From an uncultured Syntrophaceae bacterium (GTDB lineage: Bacteria > Desulfobacterota > BSN033 > UBA1163), in NCBI GenBank assembly GCA_964390545.1, contig CAYMJV010000005.1, positions 1 through 63,766 of the forward strand: a DNA stretch of 63,766 nt, written 5' to 3'. This document shows, piece by piece, positions 9,964-18,843 of the stretch; position 1 is the stretch's first letter; every line of letters starts with the position of its first letter. A model generated the notes under the pieces. That model was given only the letters and a program-made list of their open reading frames with translations. It was not told where the DNA came from and ran no database searches. The position numbers were made by a program, and so were the translations under genes.

Positions 9964-10311
9964 TCAAATAACATCCATGTGCCGGGGTCTGGAGTTCCCA
10001 TAACTGGGAGGGAATTCCAGGGCCGATGTCTCAACCCATAGTGAATGATTCAGAAGTCCCAGATTCCTTAAGGCAGAACAAAACCTTAGCCCGAGAGGAC
10101 TTTTATTCTGACTCCCCGGTTCTGATTTCCAATAGATGTGGATGCTCAAATCAGTCTCTACCACGAAATGATGATATATCCTTATTTCTACCAAATGCTT
10201 TGACGTATCGGTCGGCAAATTAGACTCACTTACCCCTTTCAGAAGTTCATCCACGAATTGTGTATTAATGTTTGCAGGCGAACGCAAAGTGATAATCTCA
10301 ACCCATCTCAT
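9964..10311 (-). CDS. Hypothetical protein, first gene of the RND operon (start reassigned to MRWVEII)
   Basis: GAAGGAGG RBS before the ATG at 10311; the longer ORF-track start would overlap the sigma-54 promoter. Confidence 0.65.
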   Translation of the reverse strand: MRWVEIITLRSPANINTQFVDELLKGVSESNLPTDTSKHLVEIRIYHHFVVETDLSIHIYWKSEPGSQNKSPLGLRFCSALRNLGLLNHSLWVETSALEFPPSYGNSRPRHMDVI

Positions 10312-10346
10312 GGCAATCCCTCCTTCGATATTCATTATTTTATTTA

Positions 10347-10362
10347 GCCAATATCGTGCCAA
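10347..10362 (-). promoter_or_regulatory. Sigma-54 (-24/-12) promoter
   Basis: TTGGCACGATATTGGC on the minus strand gives GG-N10-GC, one mismatch to TGGCACG-N4-TTGC; divergent from a sigma-54 activator. Confidence 0.8.
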
Positions 10363-10380
10363 AATATTAATATCTTTAGA

Positions 10381-10393
10381 AATCAACTAGTTA
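10381..10393 (+). promoter_or_regulatory. IHF binding site
   Basis: AATCAACTAGTTA matches WATCAANNNNTTR exactly, about 20 bp upstream of the -24 box. Confidence 0.65.
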
Positions 10394-10537
10394 CATAAAA
10401 GTCATTTGTTAATCTTTACCCAATAGGGTAAAATATGTTATGCTATGGTGTAATTCTACTCCACAGAATAAACTGGAATGCTTATACGCAGGGGAAGTTA
10501 CGAGCGGCAGTTTTTCCCGCTGCGAAATCCGAAAGGC

Positions 10538-10586
10538 ACCCCCACCCAAACCCTCCCCCTTGAGGGGGAGGGGTGGGTGGGGGGGA
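10538..10586. repeat. GC-rich REP-like hairpin (CCCTCCCCCT..AGGGGGAGGG family)
   Basis: Palindrome; related copies near 48084-48125 and 59051-59080. Confidence 0.6.
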
Positions 10587-10598
10587 AAAGAGGATAAA

Positions 10599-12173
10599 AT
10601 GATGAACGCGGATGAAAATGCTTTTTTTCGCCAGGCAACCTTACGCATATGCAGTAGCCTCGACATCGAAACGGCTCTGAAGCGCTGTTTTGAATACATA
10701 AGAGCTTTCATCCCTGTAATCCGAATGAGCCTGCATATATTGGATGCTGATCTCAATGTCTTACGATTCGTGGCATCGGTTGGTGCCGACCTACCGGAAG
10801 GTATTGAACGAGTCCTTCGTTTGCCCGAGAAAGGCCGGAATGAAAGAGCGGCCTTATTGAAAAATGGAGAAATAATTCGAATTATGAACCAGCCGGACCC
10901 GAAATTAGGATTGAAAGAGATGCAAAAAAGACTTGGGCTCAAACCTAATATCTCACTTATGCACATGGCTCTGAAGCTTGAAGGGAATTGGATTGGTGAC
11001 CTCGGATTAGCCGCGGATGGTCTGAATCAATATACGGATGAACACGCTCGGTTGCTTCAACTGCTCCATGAACCTTTTGCCATTGCCATGTCCAACGCAC
11101 TAAAACATCAGGAAGTCATTCGATTCAAGGACATGCTGGCCGATGACAACCGGTATCTTTTTGACGAACTGCGGTCAGTCTTGAGCAATGAGATCATTGG
11201 TTTGGATTTTGGTCTGAAGGGGGTGATGGAAATGGTTCGGCAGGTGGCGCCCCTCGACAGCCCTGTGCTGTTGCTGGGAGAGACGGGCACAGGAAAAGAG
11301 GTCATCGCCAATGCGATTCATTATTCTTCACCTCGCAAGGACGGGCCGTTTATCAAGGTGAACTGCGGCGCGATCCCCGAGACCCTTCTCGACAGTGAAC
11401 TCTTCGGTCATGAGAAGGGAGCTTTCACCGGGGCCATCAGCCAAAGGAGGGGGCGATTCGAACGGGCCGATAAAGGTACTATCTTTTTGGACGAAATTGG
11501 GGAGCTTCCAGCCCAGGCCCAGGTCAGGCTGCTGCATGTCCTTCAAAAGAAAGAGATCGAGCGCGTGGGAGGAACAAGTTCCATACCGGTTGACATTCGT
11601 ATTATATCGGCCACACATAGAAATCTTGAAGAGATGATCGCATCGGGGCGATTTCGAGAAGACCTCTGGTTCCGGCTCAATGTCTTTCCCATCATGATTC
11701 CGCCACTCAGGCAGAGAAAAGAAGATATCCCGGCCCTGGTGCATCACTTCATCGACCGTAAATCCATGGAGCTTAAGCTCACTGAGAGACCTGTGCTGGC
11801 CCCGGGCGCCATCGACAGGCTTATCGCCTATGCCTGGCCTGGCAACGTGCGGGAACTCGAAAACATGATCGAACGGGCCTTGATCCAGCACCAGGGGGGT
11901 GTTCTTTCATTTGAAATGCTTTTGCCCCTGGCGGTCTCCGGAGGTCGCGAAGTGGTTGAGGAGGCAGGGCGAAATCAAGTTCTGTCTTCGTTGGACGAGA
12001 TCAATGCCCGGCACATTAGGCGAGCCTTGGAGATGGCCGGTGGCAAAATCAACGGACCAGGAGGAGCCGCACAAACCCTAGGGGTTCATCCGAATACTCT
12101 TAGGAGGCGGATGAACAAACTGGGAATTCCGTATGGAAGGAGAAGCTGGCAACTTTCGAGCGGTCAGACATGA
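10599..12173 (+). CDS. Sigma-54-dependent transcriptional activator (GAF-like input, AAA+, Fis-type HTH)
   Basis: GETGTGKE Walker A, GAFTGA loop, FLDEIGE Walker B, WPGNVRELEN, C-terminal HTH. Start moved to MMNADE because the longer ORF runs through a repeat. Confidence 0.93.
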   Translation: MMNADENAFFRQATLRICSSLDIETALKRCFEYIRAFIPVIRMSLHILDADLNVLRFVASVGADLPEGIERVLRLPEKGRNERAALLKNGEIIRIMNQPDPKLGLKEMQKRLGLKPNISLMHMALKLEGNWIGDLGLAADGLNQYTDEHARLLQLLHEPFAIAMSNALKHQEVIRFKDMLADDNRYLFDELRSVLSNEIIGLDFGLKGVMEMVRQVAPLDSPVLLLGETGTGKEVIANAIHYSSPRKDGPFIKVNCGAIPETLLDSELFGHEKGAFTGAISQRRGRFERADKGTIFLDEIGELPAQAQVRLLHVLQKKEIERVGGTSSIPVDIRIISATHRNLEEMIASGRFREDLWFRLNVFPIMIPPLRQRKEDIPALVHHFIDRKSMELKLTERPVLAPGAIDRLIAYAWPGNVRELENMIERALIQHQGGVLSFEMLLPLAVSGGREVVEEAGRNQVLSSLDEINARHIRRALEMAGGKINGPGGAAQTLGVHPNTLRRRMNKLGIPYGRRSWQLSSGQT

Positions 12174-12319
12174 GAAACTTGCCAGCTGAAGGAAGATCAG
12201 TCTGATGGCTAACTGCTGCAACGGAAAGTAAGCCCGGGCGGCTTGTCCTGAGCGCAGTCAAAGGATCGGACCGAGGAGTCGAAGGATTGACAAGATTTTA
12301 ACGACTATGATACTTTTAC

Positions 12320-12422
12320 CCTGCAGTTGATGTTGATCAGATTCCATTGATAAAAAGCCCCCGTATTCCACTCGATGTTCGATTGAGTTCACATCGCACA
12401 ATTAGGTCAACAACAGGGTTGA
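12320..12422 (+). ncRNA. Candidate structured RNA or 5' leader upstream of pcm
   Basis: Starts just after TTGACA...TGaTACTTT; ACCCTG pairs with terminal CAGGGT, GTTGATC with GGTCAAC, internal CGATGT/ACATCG hairpin. No family assigned. Confidence 0.3.
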
Positions 12423-12427
12423 CAAAC

Positions 12428-13168
12428 ATGAAAAACAAGCTGCTTGCCATCATCCTCGTTTTCATTTTCTTACTTTTCCTTGCTCATTGCACGGAAAGGA
12501 AAAGGGCCTCCGACTCAAGCCCTAAAGGAGATTATAAAACCATGCGGGAAGGGATGGTTGAGACACAGATAAGGGCGAGGGGAGTGAAAGAGCCCCGTGT
12601 TCTTGCGGCCATGCTCAAGGTGGAGCGCCACCTTTTCGTTCCCAAAGATCTTCATCCCAGTGCCTATTCAGATCAACCGCTTCCTATCGGAGAAGGTCAG
12701 ACCATCTCCCAACCCTATATCGTCGCCTTGATGACGGAGCTTCTGGACCTTAAGGAAGAGGAGAGGGTTCTGGAGGTAGGAACCGGATCAGGTTATCAGG
12801 CGGCCATTCTCGCTGAACTGGCCAAAGAAGTTTACACCATCGAAATCATCAAAAAGCTCGCCACCTCTGCCGAAAAACTACTTCTCGATCTGGGTTATAA
12901 GAACATCAAAGTGAAGGCGGGAGATGGATATCTGGGGTGGCCTGAAGCAGCCCCCTTCGACGCCATCATCGTCACCTGTGCGCCAGACCATATCCCAAGG
13001 CCTCTGATGGACCAGTTGAGGGAAGGAGGTCGGATGGTGATTCCGGTCGGAGAATTTAACCAGGAGTTAAAAAAGATTGTCAAACGGGGCGGAAAACTTG
13101 AAACAACGAATGTCATCCCAGTCATCTTCGTTCCCATGACCGGGGAGGGAGTGAAGAAGAAAGAGTGA
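12428..13168 (+). CDS. pcm: Protein-L-isoaspartate O-methyltransferase with N-terminal signal-like extension
   Basis: GQTISQPYIV, VLEVGTGSGYQAA and APFDAIIVT motifs. Confidence 0.93.
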   Translation: MKNKLLAIILVFIFLLFLAHCTERKRASDSSPKGDYKTMREGMVETQIRARGVKEPRVLAAMLKVERHLFVPKDLHPSAYSDQPLPIGEGQTISQPYIVALMTELLDLKEEERVLEVGTGSGYQAAILAELAKEVYTIEIIKKLATSAEKLLLDLGYKNIKVKAGDGYLGWPEAAPFDAIIVTCAPDHIPRPLMDQLREGGRMVIPVGEFNQELKKIVKRGGKLETTNVIPVIFVPMTGEGVKKKE

Positions 13169-13169
13169 T

Positions 13170-13310
13170 GGGGAGATAGGGAGAATAAAACAGAATGCAG
13201 TAGGCAGTATGCAGAAGATAGAGAACAGAAGGCAGGACGCAGGAGAGAGAAGATACAAAGCAGAAAGCAATAGGCAGTAAGCAGCAAGCCTCAGCCTAAA
13301 CCTTAACCTT
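13170..13310. repeat. Two facing half-elements: purine-rich AGCAG/AGGCAG arm and AGGTT-type arm
   Basis: Roughly 7-nt periodic array directly after the pcm stop, and TAAGGTTAAGGTTTAGGCTGAGG directly after the rarA stop on the minus strand. Confidence 0.65.
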
Positions 13311-14658
13311 ATTCTTTTTTGTTATTCCTCTTTTTTCTCCAATATTCCAACCTTTTCTTAATCTCTATTTCAAACCCTTGATTGGATGGACGGTAGTAGA
13401 TTCTTCCTCTGAGGTTTTCGGGAAGGTATTCCTCTTCGACGAAATGTTCTGGATAATTATGAGGATATTTATATCCTTCCCCATAACCCAACTCCTCCAT
13501 TAACGACGTAGGAGCATTTCTTATATGAAGAGGAACAGGCAAGTTCTCAACTTCCCTCACATCTTTCTGAACTCCCTGGAATGCAGTATAAAGAGCATTC
13601 GACTTCGGGGCAGTGGCCAGATAGACGGCAGCCTCAGCAAGGGCTAAATTGCCTTCTGGCAACCCAATAAAGTGAAACGCCTCCATTGCGGAGATGGCAA
13701 CCTGTAAGGCCTGCGGGTCTGCCATCCCCACATCTTCGGAGGCAAACCGGATCATCCGCCGAGCAATATAAAGGGGGTCCTCTCCAGCCTCCAGCATCCT
13801 CCCCATCCAGTAGAGGGCTGCATCGGGATCACTTCCTCTCAGGCTTTTATGTAAAGCAGAAATGAGATTATAATGCTCCTCACCCGACTTATCGTAAAGG
13901 AAGGCCTTTCTCTGGAGGACCTCTTCCAGATTCTTCTTTTGGATATGACGAATTCCCTTGGAATCGGGGGGAGTCGTCAGAACAACCATTTCAAGAGTAT
14001 TGAGCCCTACCCTCGCATCACCATTGGCCACCAAGCAGATTCCCTGAAAAATTTCCGGTTCCGCCACTGTCGGGTATATTCCTAACCCCCTCTCCTTATC
14101 TTCGAGACCCCGTTTCAGAATCCCCTCGATCTCTTTCTCGGTCAATGCATTGAGGGTAAAAACTTTGCTACGGGAAAGCAGAGGGGAGATCACTTCGAAA
14201 GAAGGGTTTTCTGTAGTGGCGCCGATGAGGATGATCGTCCCCTTCTCCACGTGGGGGAGGAATGCATCCTGCTGAGCCTTATTGAACCGGTGGATTTCGT
14301 CCACGAAGAGGATGGTTCTCCTCTTCTGATACTTCCATTCTTCATTTGCCTCCTGGACTACTTCCCTGATCTCCTTTACCCCGGAGAGGACTGCGCTGAA
14401 GCTGGCGAAGTAAGCTCCCGTCATCGAGGCAATGATCATGGCAAGCGTTGTCTTGCCTGACCCAGGAGGTCCCCATAAGATCATGGAGGGAAGATGATCG
14501 CTTTCAATAGCCTGCCGTAGGACTTTCCCTGTTCCAAGAAGGTGATCCTGGCCTACGAATTCATCCAGTGTCCTCGGCCTCATTCGGTCGGCGAGAGGAG
14601 CCTCTCTCTGGAGTAATTCCTTCCCGTTCTTATCAAAAAGACCGGACTGTTTTTTCAA
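13309..14658 (-). CDS. rarA: Replication-associated recombination protein A (RarA/MgsA)
   Basis: PLADRMRP, GPPGSGKTT, FVDEIHRFNKAQQD, SALHKSLRGSDPDA motifs. Confidence 0.96.
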   Translation of the reverse strand: MKKQSGLFDKNGKELLQREAPLADRMRPRTLDEFVGQDHLLGTGKVLRQAIESDHLPSMILWGPPGSGKTTLAMIIASMTGAYFASFSAVLSGVKEIREVVQEANEEWKYQKRRTILFVDEIHRFNKAQQDAFLPHVEKGTIILIGATTENPSFEVISPLLSRSKVFTLNALTEKEIEGILKRGLEDKERGLGIYPTVAEPEIFQGICLVANGDARVGLNTLEMVVLTTPPDSKGIRHIQKKNLEEVLQRKAFLYDKSGEEHYNLISALHKSLRGSDPDAALYWMGRMLEAGEDPLYIARRMIRFASEDVGMADPQALQVAISAMEAFHFIGLPEGNLALAEAAVYLATAPKSNALYTAFQGVQKDVREVENLPVPLHIRNAPTSLMEELGYGEGYKYPHNYPEHFVEEEYLPENLRGRIYYRPSNQGFEIEIKKRLEYWRKKRNNKKE

Positions 14659-14702
14659 ATTCTTTGTTCCTCTCGATGATTCTATCCATATCCCTTAAAA
14701 AC

Positions 14703-14760
14703 GTAGGGTTCGCTCGCCGAGCGAACCGGTTTATCCGCCTGTTCGGGGAACAGGCCCTAC
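14703..14760. repeat. GTAG-class REP doublet (REPIN-like)
   Basis: GTAG-GGTTCGCTCGCCGAGCGAACC ... GCCTGTTCGGGGAACAGGC-CCTAC: two hairpins with an outward GTAG/CTAC tetranucleotide. Confidence 0.65.
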
Positions 14761-14773
14761 ATAAATCTTTGCC

Positions 14774-15562
14774 CTATGGCTTGTTCTGAGCCACTTCCCG
14801 AATGACTTGGAGCATCTCATCGTGAATCCACCCGTTGGAGGCAAGGATCTCTTCGTCATAGATGCTGAAATTCCCCCCCTTAAAATCGGTGACCTTTCCC
14901 CCAGCTTCGGTAACCATCAAGCCCCCCGCCGCCACATCCCAAGAATGGATTTTCAATTCCCAATATCCATCGCAACGGCCCGCGGCCACATAACAGAGGT
15001 CAAGAGCTGCAGAACCCGGTCTGCGGATGGCAATACTCTTCACCATAAACTGACGGAAAAAGCGAAGATAAAAATCGGCATGCTTCCGGATGTCGTATGG
15101 GAAACCCGTCGTGAGAAAGCTGAGGTCTAACTCTTTCATTCTGGAGACAGAGATTCGATTCCCATTAAGAAATGCCCCCTTTCCAGTTTCTGCTTGAAAG
15201 AGTTCATCGAAGAGAGGATCATAGACGACCCCCAGTTTTATCTCTCCCTCTATTTCCAAGGCAATGGAGACGCAGAAAAATGGGAACCCATGAATATAGT
15301 TCGTCGTTCCGTCGATGGGGTCAATGACCCACTTAAATGGAGAACCCTTCCCATGGAAGGCGCTCTCCTCAGTGAGGAGATCATGATCCGGGAATGCGTC
15401 AAGAATGATTTGGTTAATCGCCTTCTCGCAGAGCTTATCCACCTCGCTGACGGGGTTGATCTCCCCCTTGAAATCCACTTTGTGAAGATCAGCGAGGTGT
15501 ACCTTCTGAATCCGACCCGCCTCCCTGGCGGCTGCAATGGCCACTTCTGAATATTTATCCAC
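14774..15562 (-). CDS. suhB: Inositol monophosphatase family protein
   Basis: WVIDPIDGTTNY and WDVAAGGL motifs. Confidence 0.93.
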   Translation of the reverse strand: MDKYSEVAIAAAREAGRIQKVHLADLHKVDFKGEINPVSEVDKLCEKAINQIILDAFPDHDLLTEESAFHGKGSPFKWVIDPIDGTTNYIHGFPFFCVSIALEIEGEIKLGVVYDPLFDELFQAETGKGAFLNGNRISVSRMKELDLSFLTTGFPYDIRKHADFYLRFFRQFMVKSIAIRRPGSAALDLCYVAAGRCDGYWELKIHSWDVAAGGLMVTEAGGKVTDFKGGNFSIYDEEILASNGWIHDEMLQVIREVAQNKP

Positions 15563-15663
15563 CCGTCCTCACCAGTTGACAATCCTTTCATCGAAACTAT
15601 ATGATAGCTGTATGGTCAAGTCAACCGATGATTCGGTGTTTGGGATGGGATCGGAGTGGTGAG

Positions 15664-16083
15664 ATGAAATTGGAATCGAATGGCAATTGTTTTGTTTGCG
15701 GGAAAAATAACCCCAATGGCTTACGCCTGAGCTTTGAGATCGACAAAGAGAAGCAGACACTCAAAACCACGTTCGTCGCCAGCCCTACCTACCAAGGCTG
15801 GGACGGGATCGTTCATGGAGGAATCCTCAGCACCCTTTTGGATGAAGCCATGGCCAATTTGGTCTATGAACTCGGCTATCAAACCGTCACCGCTTCGATC
15901 GAAATCAGGTTTAGGAAACCCGCCCCCATTCTTGAACCTTTGCTGGTCTATGGAGAGGTCACGGAGGTGAGCAAACGATTGATTAGGGCCAAGGCCCATA
16001 TTGCTAAAGAGGATGGAACGATTCTGGCTGTAGGGACATCTACGTTTATGAAACAGCGGGACTCAGCTACCGATTCTCTCTGA
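15664..16083 (+). CDS. PaaI family (hotdog) thioesterase
   Basis: CFVCGKNNPNGL, HGGILSTLLDEAM motifs. Confidence 0.88.
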   Translation: MKLESNGNCFVCGKNNPNGLRLSFEIDKEKQTLKTTFVASPTYQGWDGIVHGGILSTLLDEAMANLVYELGYQTVTASIEIRFRKPAPILEPLLVYGEVTEVSKRLIRAKAHIAKEDGTILAVGTSTFMKQRDSATDSL

Positions 16084-16833
16084 AGTTTTTCTCCGATCGC
16101 ACATCCATTGGGCAAAATCAGGATCAAAGCCAAATTGAACTAACAGGGTTCGGTTTCTCAACAACTCTTCCATAGGAAGGTCTTCCACCTTTCTTCCTTC
16201 CCGAAGCAGAATGGCCCTCTTGCAGAGCTCAATGGCCACGGCCAGATGATGCGTGACGATCACCTTGGTCTGAGGAATTGACTGGATTCGCTCAACCAAC
16301 AAGCGGCTTCCGGCTGGATCCAGGTTATCGGTAGGCTCATCGAAAACCAAAACTTCGGAATTCATGGATAGAACCGTTGCCAAAGCCACCCGCTTCTTCT
16401 CTCCCTCACTCAAATGGTGAGCTGATCGCCCTTCGAATCCTTTCAACCCCACCATTTCAAGAGCCCTGTCCACCTCACGCCGAACGCTCCCCATCTCCAG
16501 CCCCATATTGAGCGGACCAAACGCCACATCATCAAAGACTGTCGGGCAGAAGAGTTGATCCTCTGGGTTTTGGAACACGACGCCTACTCTTCTCCTAATT
16601 TCCCTCAGGTTCCCCTTCTCCACGGGTAGACCTAAGATGATGACGCTCCCGTCTCCCATCAACGTGCCGTTGAGATGATAAAGGAGTGTGGACTTGCCCG
16701 CTCCATTGGGTCCGAGTACCGCAACGGATTCACGGTCCCAGACCTCTAAATCGATATCTTTTAAAGCAGCTGTCCCGTCTGGGTAATGATAGGAGAGATG
16801 ATGGATTTCAATGACCTTATGTGACTTCATCAT
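16063..16833 (-). CDS. cbiO: ECF transporter ATPase, CbiO/NikO type
   Basis: GPNGAGKST, LSEGEKKRVALA, VFDEPT; start reassigned to MMKSHK because the upstream ORF extension is repeat-derived. Confidence 0.9.
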   Translation of the reverse strand: MMKSHKVIEIHHLSYHYPDGTAALKDIDLEVWDRESVAVLGPNGAGKSTLLYHLNGTLMGDGSVIILGLPVEKGNLREIRRRVGVVFQNPEDQLFCPTVFDDVAFGPLNMGLEMGSVRREVDRALEMVGLKGFEGRSAHHLSEGEKKRVALATVLSMNSEVLVFDEPTDNLDPAGSRLLVERIQSIPQTKVIVTHHLAVAIELCKRAILLREGRKVEDLPMEELLRNRTLLVQFGFDPDFAQWMCDRRKTSERIGS

Positions 16834-16852
16834 CGAGTCCGTAACGAGCTTG

Positions 16853-17032
16853 CAAAATGTCAAATGCCAAAATCCCTGCCTACCGGCAGGCAGGCAAATG
16901 CCCAATGAATGTCAAATTTCAAAATCCAAAGTTTTTCATATTTGAACTTTGGATTTGATTTGAACTCTGATCTTTGACATTTGGCATTTTCAGAAGCAGC
17001 AAATTCGATATTCGAATTTCGTATCTCCAAAT
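16853..17032. repeat. Periodic inverted-repeat element, CAAAT/TTTG type, carrying a 20-nt palindromic insert
   Basis: CAAA-nnn heptamers versus TTTG-nnn heptamers; CCTGCCTACCGGCAGGCAGG inserted at 16875-16894. Confidence 0.85.
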
Positions 17033-17037
17033 CCTGC

Positions 17038-17805
17038 TCATCTCAGATAGATCCTCAGGAAGACGAAGACCGGGACGAGCGTGAGGAGAAGCAGTTCCCC
17101 CCACCCAAATCTTCCGGCGGTCGTTTCAGGCATCGTTCCCTGATAACCTCTGGAAAGCATGGCCAGATAGACCCGTTCCCCGCGGTTAAAACTCCTCAAG
17201 AAGAGCCATCCCACCATGTGACCAATGACCTTCGAGTGCCAGAGCCACTTCCCTCCGAAGCACCTCGAATCCCTTGCCCTTTTCATCCGATGGATTTCAT
17301 CGATGAGAATGAACGAGTAACGGTACATGAAGGAGATAAGAATGGTAAAAATTCTGGGAGTTCTCAGTCTCTCCATTCCCTTGATCAACTGGGGAAAAGA
17401 GGTCGTGGAGGAGAGAAGAATGATGGCAAAGACCCCCAGACAAGACTTGACAACCACATTCCACAGGATCCAAAGGCCGCTCTGAGAGACGGAAAGTCCT
17501 CCAAGGCCCAGATTGTAGCCTCCCCCTAAGGTATCCTTCTTCATAAAAGGAATAGAAAGGCTCACCAGAAAGAGAAAGGGAAGAATGACCACGATCTTCC
17601 TCGCCAAATGGCCCAAAGGAAGCCTTGCAAGGAGGGCGATGCTGATGAGGGCCAGGGTCAGAAGGCCAAAGAGAAGAAAGGAGGAGGGCTGAGAACTGAC
17701 CCCCACTAGAATCAAAGAGAAGAAGACAATGATCTTTGCTCTGGCGTCCAAGTGGTGGATTGGACTTTCGACACCGCTGTGATGATCTAAAAAGGCATGC
17801 CTCAT
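17038..17805 (-). CDS. cbiQ: ECF transporter transmembrane T component CbiQ
   Basis: IHHLDARAKI, FMYRYSFILIDE, RARDSR and AMLSRGY motifs. Confidence 0.9.
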   Translation of the reverse strand: MRHAFLDHHSGVESPIHHLDARAKIIVFFSLILVGVSSQPSSFLLFGLLTLALISIALLARLPLGHLARKIVVILPFLFLVSLSIPFMKKDTLGGGYNLGLGGLSVSQSGLWILWNVVVKSCLGVFAIILLSSTTSFPQLIKGMERLRTPRIFTILISFMYRYSFILIDEIHRMKRARDSRCFGGKWLWHSKVIGHMVGWLFLRSFNRGERVYLAMLSRGYQGTMPETTAGRFGWGELLLLTLVPVFVFLRIYLR

Positions 17806-17816
17806 TTATCCGTCCT

Positions 17817-18659
17817 TCAGTCCAATGCCAGCAAGCTTGATAAATTAAGCCCCAGGATCTTTCTCTGATCTTCTTTTGACAGACCCGAGTCTTCCAGTTC
17901 TCGAAAATATTTTCGAGGGGAAAGGAGAGGAAAGTCCGTCCCGAAGAGGATCTTCTTAACTCCAACGATCTCACTTACTACCGCGTAGATCTTCTTAGAA
18001 TAAAGATAGGGAGAGGCGGCCGTATCGTAATAGACGTTGGCCATGCCTTTTGCGACCTCTGGCATCATTTCATAAAAAGGGAGCCCGCCACCCCAGTGAG
18101 CCAGCACGATGGGCAGGTTTGGAAAAGAGAGAATGAGATCATAAAAACGCTCAAGAGGGGTTCTCCCTTTCCCGGGATAAGAATGGCCGAGCGTTTCATT
18201 CACATGAAGGAGCAAGGGGATTCCCTTCTTTCCCATCTGGGTGAGAATGGGCTTCACGGCCCCGATGTCCTGGGGAGTCATCTCCCGACGGTAGAAGGCT
18301 ATCTCCCCTACCCCTCTTACCCCCTCTTTCAAGTAAACCTCCAGTTCTTTCTCTGACCAACCGGGGTCTGAGAAGAGAAGGATGATGAAGACGATCAAAC
18401 GATGGGGATACCGCGAGGCTGACTCTATCAGATATCGATTATGGAGGGAGCACAGATCCGCTTCGCTCCAGGGAAATCCGCAGATGATCGATCGCTCTAT
18501 ACCATATTCATCCATCGAAGCGATGAGGTCTTCGACCCCTGCCATTCTCGCCTTTGAATCTTTATAGATAGAAGAAAATCCCTGATCCCTTTTGCAGTAA
18601 GCCTGCCGGTCCTTTCTCACTTCGTCTGGGAAGATATGGGTGTGACAGTCTATAATCAT
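17817..18659 (-). CDS. Amidohydrolase family protein
   Basis: IIDCHTH, VLAHWGG, YDTAA, LFGTDFP motifs. Confidence 0.9.
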   Translation of the reverse strand: MIIDCHTHIFPDEVRKDRQAYCKRDQGFSSIYKDSKARMAGVEDLIASMDEYGIERSIICGFPWSEADLCSLHNRYLIESASRYPHRLIVFIILLFSDPGWSEKELEVYLKEGVRGVGEIAFYRREMTPQDIGAVKPILTQMGKKGIPLLLHVNETLGHSYPGKGRTPLERFYDLILSFPNLPIVLAHWGGGLPFYEMMPEVAKGMANVYYDTAASPYLYSKKIYAVVSEIVGVKKILFGTDFPLLSPRKYFRELEDSGLSKEDQRKILGLNLSSLLALD

Positions 18660-18693
18660 GAGTTACCTTTTATCCCGCCCACTCGATGAAAGA

Positions 18694-18840
18694 AATGGAA
18701 TATTGGAAAAATGGAATGATGTAGAAGTAAGAGGTTAAGGTTAAGGCTAAGGGTTAGGTTAATTTTCAGAATTTCTCAACCTCAACCTAAGCCTCAACCT
18801 CCCGGTTTTCCAGTTTTCCATTACTCCATGATTCCCATGG
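18694..18840. repeat. Nested periodic inverted repeat: outer GGAAT/ATTCC arms enclosing inner AGGTT/AACCT arms
   Basis: Outer arms about 18694-18720 and 18806-18840; inner arms about 18731-18759 and 18777-18803. Confidence 0.8.
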
Positions 18841-18843
18841 GTC

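Noticed and set aside
10440-10598. N-terminal extension of the sigma-54 activator
   Set aside because: It reads through a palindromic repeat (PPPKPSPLRGRGGWGG); the same artefact affects the long starts of cbiO, pfk, secA and mlaE.
12320-12422. Assignment as 6S RNA
   Set aside because: About 100 nt is short for 6S and I could not identify the central bubble; kept only as an unassigned candidate.
13067-13270. 67-aa ORF and overlapping 130-aa ORF
   Set aside because: Translation of the heptamer array and the pcm antisense strand.
16919-17104. 61-aa ORF between cbiQ and cbiO
   Set aside because: Derived from the repeat element.
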